IMG/VR virus record: IMGVR_UViG_3300005805_000479
Location: 1-24,319 of that record
From: a virus
Taxonomy: Duplodnaviria; Caudoviricetes
Direction: 5' to 3' (one strand)
Length of the DNA: 24,319 nucleotides
The translations under genes were made by a program, and so were the position numbers. The notes below the pieces were generated by a model. That model searched no databases. It was not told the origin of the DNA and was given only the letters and a program-made list of their open reading frames with translations. Shown in pieces: positions 17,621-24,319 of this stretch. Position 1 is the first letter of the stretch. Every line of letters begins with the position of its first letter.

Positions 17621-18195
17621 AAGTTATTGGCTTAACTGGTCCTAAAGGATCTGGTAAAGATACAGTAGCAAAGGTTCTAGAAAAGATTGTTGGAGAAAGA
17701 GTAAACCAAATTGCTTTTGCAGATCCAATTAAGAAAGAGATCATTCAACTATTTAACTTAAAAAGTATCTGGGATTACGATACCTTTAAAAGAGCAGAGT
17801 TAACTTTTGAGGTTAATAGTATCAATCAAAAGATACCAGGTCGTCAAGTAGTTCGTGAAATTGGTATGTTAATGAGAAGATATGATGAGGAGCAATTTAA
17901 TAATTATGTCGAATCCTCTATACTCTCTAAACCAAAAGAGATATGGGCAATAACAGATTTAAGATTTGATAATGAATATGTTATGCTAAAAAGACTTGGT
18001 GCAGTAATTGTTAAGGTTACTAATAACAGAGTTAAAGATGATGACAATCATATTACAGAGAGAGGTTTTGATTCAAGTCTGATTGATTTTATGTTACCTA
18101 ATCACGGTAGTATGGATATGTTAGTTCATACATGTAGAGATTTTATATCACACTTAAAGGAAAGCAATGAAGCCTGGTCCAACATTCAAATTTAG
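17608..18195 (+). CDS. Deoxynucleoside monophosphate kinase (T4 gp1-like)
   Basis: IGLTGPKGSGKDT P-loop, AFADPIK, RxxxxxxG, ITDLRFDNE and HxTE motifs. Confidence 0.88.
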   Translation: MQKLKVIGLTGPKGSGKDTVAKVLEKIVGERVNQIAFADPIKKEIIQLFNLKSIWDYDTFKRAELTFEVNSINQKIPGRQVVREIGMLMRRYDEEQFNNYVESSILSKPKEIWAITDLRFDNEYVMLKRLGAVIVKVTNNRVKDDDNHITERGFDSSLIDFMLPNHGSMDMLVHTCRDFISHLKESNEAWSNIQI

Positions 18196-18328
18196 TAAGA
18201 CATACAAAAGGATGCTAGCATCTACTATTGATAAACATGAGTATGGAAAGCTAAAGAAACTTTTTATTCAAGCACAACTTATTTCACAAAACGTAGTTAT
18301 TAAACCAGTAAAGGATGGAGACGATTAA
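18167..18328 (+). CDS. Small basic hypothetical protein (53 aa), absent from the ORF track
   Basis: MKPGPTFKFSKTYKRMLASTIDKHEYGKLKKLFIQAQLISQNVVIKPVKDGDD*. AAGGA RBS at 18157-18161; fills the gap; its stop overlaps the next ATG (TAATG). Confidence 0.75.
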   Translation: MKPGPTFKFSKTYKRMLASTIDKHEYGKLKKLFIQAQLISQNVVIKPVKDGDD

Positions 18329-18828
18329 TGAAACATGTGATGGGGTCAAACAGTAGGTCAGCATTAACTAATGTTTACGATGGTGACAGTCAACCTAATG
18401 CAGTAGATTTAAGACTTGGGAAAGTATTTAAAATTAGAGACGAGATTTTCGAGATATCTAATGAACACAAAAAACATAGAGGAACTGAGTACGAGGTTTT
18501 GCCAGATGACGAGGGATACTATTTCCTGGAGCCTGGACATTATGAAGTGGTCATGGATAATATTATCAGGGTTGGTGAAAATGAAGCGGGTTGGGTTATT
18601 ACTCGTAGTACTCTTAATCGTAATGGTCTCTTCATTACTTCTGGTCTTTACGACTCTGGTTATCACGGTGCTATGGCCGGTGTTCTTCATGTCATGGTTG
18701 GTCCTGCAAAAATTAAAAAAGGTACTCGTATCGGTCAATACTTGAGCTTTGATGCTGAATCGTTAAGTATGTACGATGGAGATTATGGTATTAACAAAGC
18801 TCACGATAAAAAATATGGAGTCGCATAA
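18328..18828 (+). CDS. Trimeric dUTPase/dCTP deaminase superfamily protein
   Basis: QPNAVDLRL, RSTLNRNG, GLYDSGYHG, RIGQ and C-terminal YDGxY motifs. The Glu expected after DxGxxG in dCTP deaminases appears absent, which favours a pyrophosphatase. Confidence 0.8.
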   Translation: MKHVMGSNSRSALTNVYDGDSQPNAVDLRLGKVFKIRDEIFEISNEHKKHRGTEYEVLPDDEGYYFLEPGHYEVVMDNIIRVGENEAGWVITRSTLNRNGLFITSGLYDSGYHGAMAGVLHVMVGPAKIKKGTRIGQYLSFDAESLSMYDGDYGINKAHDKKYGVA

Positions 18829-19685
18829 TGGAAATTAGAGTAGAAATAGATGAACTTCGTAAGAAGAAGTTATTTGTAGCAACACCAATGTATGGTGGCC
18901 AATGTGCTGGAATGTATACTCGCTCAATAGCTGACCTTTCAGCCCTTTGTGCTAAGTATGGAATTTCCCTACAACTGTACTTTTTGTTTAATGAGTCTTT
19001 GATTACTCGAGCACGAAACTATTGTGTTGATGAATTCATTCGTAGTGAAGCAACACATTTAATGTTTATTGACTCTGATATTGGATTTAATCCTCAAGAC
19101 ATTCTTGCACTACTAGCATTACAGACTGAAGACAGTCCTTATGATGTCATTGGTGGTCCTTATCCCAAGAAATGTATTAGCTGGGAGAAGATCAAGCAAG
19201 CAGTTGATAAAGGAGTTGCTGACGAGAATCCTGGAGTGCTTGAAAAGTATGTTGGGGATTATGTCTTCAATCCTAAGTCTAATCAAAGAGAGATTCCTCT
19301 TGGTCAGCCAGTAGAAGTTCTAGAAATTGGTACTGGTTTTATGATGATTAAGAAGAGCTTGTTTGAAAAGTATCGTAACACATATCCTCATCTAAGTTAC
19401 AAACCAGATCATGTTCGTACAGAGCACTTTGATGGCTCAAGAGAGATTCATGCATACTTTGATTGTATTATTGATCCAGATAGTAAGCGTTACCTTTCTG
19501 AAGATTACATGTTCTGTTACAATGTACAGAAGATGGGTAATAAAGTTTGGTTGTGTCCTTGGATGAAACTACAACACGTTGGAAGCTATATCTTTGGTGG
19601 TAGTTTGATTGATCTTGCCCAGATTGGTGCAGCTGCTACTGCTGATGTTAATCAACTAAAAAAGAAAGCTGCTAAGAAGAAATGA
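18828..19685 (+). CDS. GT-A fold glycosyltransferase-like protein
   Basis: LFVATPMYGG, ESLITRARN, MFIDSD (DxD), GTGFMMI, LSEDYxFC and LxHVG motifs. Confidence 0.7.
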   Translation: MEIRVEIDELRKKKLFVATPMYGGQCAGMYTRSIADLSALCAKYGISLQLYFLFNESLITRARNYCVDEFIRSEATHLMFIDSDIGFNPQDILALLALQTEDSPYDVIGGPYPKKCISWEKIKQAVDKGVADENPGVLEKYVGDYVFNPKSNQREIPLGQPVEVLEIGTGFMMIKKSLFEKYRNTYPHLSYKPDHVRTEHFDGSREIHAYFDCIIDPDSKRYLSEDYMFCYNVQKMGNKVWLCPWMKLQHVGSYIFGGSLIDLAQIGAAATADVNQLKKKAAKKK

Positions 19686-20344
19686 AATTGACATCTGCAA
19701 CACTTTTGTTATTGAAAAATTTCTCTACAATCAATCCTGGTATTGTAATCAAACCTGGTAGTATTCTTTCAACAATGGATCCTAACAAAACTGTTCTTGC
19801 TAAGGCAACTGTGAAAGAACAGTTTCAAAAGGAATGTGCGATAAGTAACCTACCAAAGTTTCTTGGAGTACTTTCCTTTTTGTCGGATCCTGATTTAGAC
19901 TTTGAAGATGAACATATTTGTTTGACACAAGGATCGACATCCGTCAAGTTTAGGTATGGTAATCCTTCTTTGATAGCAGTTCCTCCAGATAAAGGTATCA
20001 CAGTTTCAGAAGATGCAAAGTTCAGGTTGTTAAGTACTGTATTTTCTAATCTAATGAAAGCACAAGGTGCAATGCAGCTAAAAGAAGTTGCAGTAATTGG
20101 TAATGAGGAAGGTGTGTTTTTATCCACACTTGACTTTAAAAACAAAACAGGTGATAGTTTCTCTGTTAGGGTTGGGGATAGTAATGGTCGTACTTTTACC
20201 TTCTTGTTCAATCCAAGTAATTTGAAGTTTATTAATGATGATTATGATGTAGTACTTTCTTCTAAAGGTTTAATGCACCTTAAAAACTTAGAAGGCAATT
20301 TGGAGTATTGGGTTCCTGCAGAAAAGGACTCAACTTTTACATAA
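19682..20344 (+). CDS. gp45: Sliding clamp (T4 gp45-like)
   Basis: MKLxxxTLxLLKNFSTINxGI, LAKA, LxxFLxVLS, NLKFIxxDYxV and YWVxAE motifs; upstream of gp44. Confidence 0.92.
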   Translation: MKLTSATLLLLKNFSTINPGIVIKPGSILSTMDPNKTVLAKATVKEQFQKECAISNLPKFLGVLSFLSDPDLDFEDEHICLTQGSTSVKFRYGNPSLIAVPPDKGITVSEDAKFRLLSTVFSNLMKAQGAMQLKEVAVIGNEEGVFLSTLDFKNKTGDSFSVRVGDSNGRTFTFLFNPSNLKFINDDYDVVLSSKGLMHLKNLEGNLEYWVPAEKDSTFT

Positions 20345-20354
20345 TGGAGATTAA

Positions 20355-21296
20355 ATGTTTCGTGATGATTTTTTGTGGGTAGAGAAGTATAGGCCTACTA
20401 AACTTGATGATGTAATTCTTAGCGCTCAGCACAAAGCAATCTTCAAGCAGTTCTTAGTCGATGGTGAAATACCTAACCTACTCCTGACTGGTAAAGCGGG
20501 AGTAGGTAAAACTACTATTGCTCGAGCATTGTTAGAGACACTCAACAAAGATTATATTATCATTAATGGTTCTCTTAATGGTAATATTGATACACTAAGA
20601 CATGATATAAAGAACTTTGCTTCTACAATATCTTTTCATAGTGGTCGTAAGTATGTTATTCTCGATGAGGCTGATTACTTAAATGCTCAGTCTACTCAGC
20701 CAGCTCTAAGAAACTTTATTGAAGAGTATTCTAAGAACTGTGGTTTCATATTTACTTGTAACTATCCTTCCAAGATAATTAAAGAGCTTCATTCTCGTTG
20801 TAGTTTGATTGATTTTACAATTGGTAAAGAAGAAGCTCCTAAACTTGCTGCAAAGTTTTACAAGCGCGCTATCGACATACTGACAAATGAAAGTGTAGAA
20901 CACGATCCTAAAGCTGTTGCAGCTGTTGTAGAGAAATACTTTCCAGACTTTCGTAGGACATTGAATGAGTTGCAAAAATATTCTGCAACTGGTAAAATAG
21001 ATGTTGGTATTCTGTCTAATTTGGTTGACCAAAGTTTTAAAGATCTTGTTGGTTTCTTAAAGAATAAAGACTTTACCAACATGCGTAAATGGGTTGGTGA
21101 ACATAACGATATTGAGCCTCAAGAGTTGTTTAGAAAAATATATGATGAGTCGAGTACATTCTTAAAACCTTCTAGTATTCCTCAAGTTGTACTAATCATT
21201 GCTGATTATCAATACAAGTCTTCTTTTGTTGTCGATCAAGAAGTAAATAACGTTGCTTGTCTAACAGAAATTATGGTAGAAGGTGATTTTAAATAA
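20355..21296 (+). CDS. gp44: Clamp loader large subunit (T4 gp44-like)
   Basis: LWVEKYRP, GKAGVGKTT, ILDEADYL, QPALRxFIEE, HSRC and FPDFRR motifs. Confidence 0.96.
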   Translation: MFRDDFLWVEKYRPTKLDDVILSAQHKAIFKQFLVDGEIPNLLLTGKAGVGKTTIARALLETLNKDYIIINGSLNGNIDTLRHDIKNFASTISFHSGRKYVILDEADYLNAQSTQPALRNFIEEYSKNCGFIFTCNYPSKIIKELHSRCSLIDFTIGKEEAPKLAAKFYKRAIDILTNESVEHDPKAVAAVVEKYFPDFRRTLNELQKYSATGKIDVGILSNLVDQSFKDLVGFLKNKDFTNMRKWVGEHNDIEPQELFRKIYDESSTFLKPSSIPQVVLIIADYQYKSSFVVDQEVNNVACLTEIMVEGDFK

Positions 21297-21297
21297 T

Positions 21298-22533
21298 ATG
21301 GAATCTACTGACTTTTTTGAAGAACTTGAAACACAAATAAAAAAACTTAGGCAAATTAGAACTTCGCATAGAGGTAAGTCTTTGTCGTCTAAACGAATTA
21401 AAATGAAGACAAGGAAATTTGTACCCGAACAAAAATTTGTCGATGGAGATATAAAATTTATGAATCCTAAAAGTGGAGAAGTAAAAATAGATGGTAGTAC
21501 TAAACAAGGATTTCGTTCAGAAACGGATGATGCTAATATTATGACTAATAATGAATTCTTTCTCGCAGGCGCCTGCTTAAACGATCTCTACATCACTAAA
21601 ATTATTGATCATCGAGTCAAGGCTAAGTTAAACACCCACGTAGAAAAAGAAACTCTTGTTTGCAGTTGCAAACAGTGGATTCAGTACATCCGTAAAAACT
21701 TCAGCTCACATGAATGGCATGTAGTTGAGTTTGGTGAATCTGCTGGTATGCTTATCTACTGGGATAAACTATTTTTTATTGACTATACTGCAAACTCTAA
21801 CTCGGTAGAGATAAAGATTTACGGCAATAAGAATGATGTTCTAGAATATCTTGAGAAACTTACTTCAGAGTTTACTGTTGCGACATGCCACATTGAATGG
21901 ATTTACTCTTCTGATGGAAGTTCTGTTGACATCCCTTTGCTCGGAGAGAAACTTCCTGTAAAAGAAATGTATCCCTTTTTGAAAGGTGAAAGTATAGAAG
22001 AATACTACGATCGTTTCTTAAATTCCACAGCTTCTATCCTTCTTTTGATTGGTCCTCCAGGAACTGGAAAGACTACTTTCATCAGAGGTCTTTTACACTA
22101 CGCATCAAAGAATGCAATTGTAACTTATGATGAGAAGCTTCTAGAAAAAGATTATGTGTTTGCAAGATTCATTGAGGATGATGTATCTGTGATGGTTATT
22201 GAAGATGCAGATAACTTCCTTCGTTCAAGAAGCGATGGTAATTCTATGATGCACAGATTTCTTAATGTTGGGGATGGTCTTATTACTGTTAAAGGTAAGA
22301 AGCTAGTCTTCTCTACTAACCTTCCATCTATTAAAGATGTTGATCCTGCACTTGTAAGACCAGGAAGATGTTTTGATATTGTTAATTTTGATCATTACAC
22401 AAAAGAACAAGCAAGCAAACTTGCTACTAAACTTGGTGTAGAATTTACTGGAGATAAAGACAATTACTCCCTTGCTGAAATCTTTCACCAACAAACCTAT
22501 GTAAAACCACCCAAGAAGGTTGGATTTGTTTAA
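21298..22533 (+). CDS. AAA+ ATPase with a long N-terminal domain
   Basis: Walker A GPPGTGKT, Walker B VIEDAD, FLNxxDG, STN and second region of homology DPALVRPGR. Start is ATG 21298 or GTG 21283. Confidence 0.85.
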   Translation: MESTDFFEELETQIKKLRQIRTSHRGKSLSSKRIKMKTRKFVPEQKFVDGDIKFMNPKSGEVKIDGSTKQGFRSETDDANIMTNNEFFLAGACLNDLYITKIIDHRVKAKLNTHVEKETLVCSCKQWIQYIRKNFSSHEWHVVEFGESAGMLIYWDKLFFIDYTANSNSVEIKIYGNKNDVLEYLEKLTSEFTVATCHIEWIYSSDGSSVDIPLLGEKLPVKEMYPFLKGESIEEYYDRFLNSTASILLLIGPPGTGKTTFIRGLLHYASKNAIVTYDEKLLEKDYVFARFIEDDVSVMVIEDADNFLRSRSDGNSMMHRFLNVGDGLITVKGKKLVFSTNLPSIKDVDPALVRPGRCFDIVNFDHYTKEQASKLATKLGVEFTGDKDNYSLAEIFHQQTYVKPPKKVGFV

Positions 22534-22543
22534 GGAGAACAAG

Positions 22544-22750
22544 ATGTTGGGCTACAATTTATTAACAGAATTCTTTTCAGATGACAAAAACAAAAAAGGT
22601 CAAGTGTATATGGCTCAGACTGGATCTTTGTACAAAGTTGTTTTTGCCAAAGATGCAGTTGAAGGAAAGAATGCTGACTTGACTATGTTTAAGTTTTATA
22701 CTAATCAACAACAAGCAGAAGATGCAGCCGAAGATTGGGTAAGGCAATGA
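22544..22750 (+). CDS. Hypothetical phage protein
   Basis: ATG 22544 follows an AAGGAG RBS (track start 22520); ends in AEDAAEDWV. Confidence 0.7.
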   Translation: MLGYNLLTEFFSDDKNKKGQVYMAQTGSLYKVVFAKDAVEGKNADLTMFKFYTNQQQAEDAAEDWVRQ

Positions 22751-22929
22751 ATGAGCTAGAAACTTATGTAGAGCAGTTCTACGAGGATAATCCTTTTTAT
22801 CCTAGATGGCCCTGGGGTCAGCTTAGTAAACGCCATATGCGTCTTATAGACGAGAATAACACGTGGTTTAAAAAGGCAAAAGGTATTCTAAGAGAAGAGA
22901 AACCTCAATATGAACCAGCCCCATTTTAA
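22747..22929 (+). CDS. Hypothetical phage protein
   Basis: ATGA overlap with the upstream gene and TAATG overlap with the downstream gene support real coding. Confidence 0.6.
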   Translation: MNELETYVEQFYEDNPFYPRWPWGQLSKRHMRLIDENNTWFKKAKGILREEKPQYEPAPF

Positions 22930-23219
22930 TGAAAGAAACATTTCATTCTACACTGCAATGGATCAAGGACGATTGGTCATCAAATAGAATTCGTTTTGTT
23001 ATTGAAGTTATTGCTTGGATTTTATCTATCTTATGTAGTATAATTATGGCTTTAACTGTACCTAATCCACCCTTAATGATGCTTTATCCATTGTGGATAA
23101 CTGGATGTAGTTTGTATGCCTGGGCTGCATGGACTAGAAGGTCTTTTGGTATGCTCGCTAATTACTTGCTTCTAACATCTATTGACAGTGTTGGACTTTT
23201 GAGAATGCTTATATTATGA
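22929..23219 (+). CDS. Small integral membrane protein (about 3 TM)
   Basis: Three hydrophobic segments in 96 aa; coupled overlaps at both ends. Confidence 0.7.
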   Translation: MKETFHSTLQWIKDDWSSNRIRFVIEVIAWILSILCSIIMALTVPNPPLMMLYPLWITGCSLYAWAAWTRRSFGMLANYLLLTSIDSVGLLRMLIL

Positions 23220-23605
23220 ACCCATTTGACTTTGTAAATGCAATAAACAGTGTTGGCAAGAAGAATCTTATTAAAGAGGATCCTGATTGTGAAAGACTGT
23301 ATGAACCATATGTGATTAATAAATCATTTTCGTACTTTGCAGATTCTGTGATGTATGCAAATGCAATGAATATCAATAACCACATAGACCGCAAGCTCCA
23401 AAACGACTACCTTCTAAATAGCTTAAGACCTTCCAAGAGGTTTGCAAAATGGGTGAAAAATTACGAGGTTAGCGATTTGGAAGCAGTAAAATCATTCTTC
23501 AAATTCAGCACACCTAAAGCCAGAGAAGCACTTCGTATTCTTACACCCGAACAGATTATAAAAATAAAAAAATTACAAGAAGAAGGTGGAGAAAGAAATG
23601 ATTAG
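23216..23605 (+). CDS. gp62: Clamp loader small subunit (T4 gp62-like)
   Basis: PFDFVNAIN, YxPYVINKSFSYFxDSVMYANxMN and NSLRPxKRFAKW motifs; upstream of regA. Confidence 0.9.
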   Translation: MNPFDFVNAINSVGKKNLIKEDPDCERLYEPYVINKSFSYFADSVMYANAMNINNHIDRKLQNDYLLNSLRPSKRFAKWVKNYEVSDLEAVKSFFKFSTPKAREALRILTPEQIIKIKKLQEEGGERND

Positions 23606-23996
23606 TATTGATGATCTAGTAGAGGTGACAATAGAAGAACAAGACGATTTCCTAAAAATACGAGAAACTCTTTCTCGTATTGGTGTTGCATCCAAAAAAG
23701 ATAGAAAACTGTATCAGAGTTGCCATATTTTACATAAGCAGGGAAAGTATTACATAGTTCACTTTAAAGAACTATTTGCATTAGATGGTAAACCATCCAA
23801 TTTTTCAGAAGATGATGAGGGTAGAAGAAACACAATTGCTAACTTAATGGCTGAATGGGGTCTACTTGCATTAGTTAATCCAAAGAAATCTCAATCCCCA
23901 TTAACACCAATTAGTCAGATTAAAGTGCTATCATACAATGAAAAAGACGACTGGGAATTAATCACAAAGTACAGTATTGGTACAAAACGAAGATAA
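23598..23996 (+). CDS. regA: Translational repressor RegA
   Basis: DDFLKIRETLSRIG, LYQSCHILHKQGKYYIVHFKELF, RRNTIA and KYSIG motifs. ATG 23598 follows a GGAG RBS. Confidence 0.96.
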   Translation: MISIDDLVEVTIEEQDDFLKIRETLSRIGVASKKDRKLYQSCHILHKQGKYYIVHFKELFALDGKPSNFSEDDEGRRNTIANLMAEWGLLALVNPKKSQSPLTPISQIKVLSYNEKDDWELITKYSIGTKRR

Positions 23997-24011
23997 AGTG
24001 AGGAGTTTGTT

Positions 24012-24227
24012 ATGAATGATAAAAGTGTAATGTTACAATGGGGTCAGTCAAAGGAAGACTATACAACAATAAGTCTTAGTAGGATTGATGTTCCAAAAGA
24101 ACTTAATAAACTTTTGATTGGCCGTACAAGTAAAGGTGAACAGTTTGGTAGTGGCTATGAACTGTTTCTCACTGATGATGAACTACAACGACTTGCAAAG
24201 GCAATTGAGGGTTACACGAGTATATAA
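24012..24227 (+). CDS. Hypothetical phage protein
   Basis: GAGGAG RBS upstream; TAATG overlap with the next gene. Confidence 0.65.
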   Translation: MNDKSVMLQWGQSKEDYTTISLSRIDVPKELNKLLIGRTSKGEQFGSGYELFLTDDELQRLAKAIEGYTSI

Positions 24228-24319
24228 TGGAAAAATGGGATCAAAGGTTCTTTGACCTAGCACTTCATGTATCTGCTTGGTCAAAGGATCCCAACACTAA
24301 AGTTGGTGCTGTAATAGTA
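24227..24319 (+). CDS. dCMP deaminase, N-terminal fragment running off the window
   Basis: Not in the track. Reads MEKWDQRFFDLALHVSAWSKDPNTKVGAVIV, with the WD..F..LA...SKDPxTKVGAVI motif typical of dCMP deaminases. Confidence 0.85.
   Translation, partial: MEKWDQRFFDLALHVSAWSKDPNTKVGAVIV

Noticed and set aside
673-23394. All other short minus-strand and alternate-frame ORFs in the track
   Set aside because: Each overlaps well-supported plus-strand genes almost entirely; the window is uniformly plus-strand coding.
1-24319. Introns, inteins, tRNAs, CRISPR arrays or stop-codon recoding
   Set aside because: Core genes are uninterrupted and of normal length, intergenic gaps are too short, and TAA, TGA and TAG (18193, 23603) all appear to act as stops.

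Overview
This window is an AT-rich, all plus-strand, densely packed segment of a T4-like myovirus genome with cyanophage/environmental-type gene order. Positions 1-7164 are the late virion module: tail sheath gp18 (3' end), tail tube gp19, portal gp20, prohead core proteins, protease gp21, scaffold gp22, major capsid gp23 and tail completion gp3, with TATAAATA-type late promoters and two intrinsic terminators. A sigma70-type promoter at about 7168-7196 opens a recombination/replication module: uvsY, uvsW, late sigma gp55, gp47/gp46, then gp45, gp44, gp62, regA and the start of a dCMP deaminase. The most notable feature is a ~6.8 kb translationally coupled block inserted between gp46 and gp45. 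It encodes peptide deformylase, QueE, an AbrB-like/QueD fusion, FolE, a GIY-YIG-like nuclease, a second T-fold protein with an LxxxHRHxF motif (DpdL-like), a TGT/DpdA-like transglycosylase, a dNMP kinase, an unannotated 53-aa ORF, a dUTPase-like enzyme and a glycosyltransferase-like protein. No queC/queF is seen in the window. I infer a 7-deazaguanine DNA modification system (likely dDG or dCDG), possibly acting before replication at the nucleotide level. All calls come from motif recognition by eye; no database searches were run.
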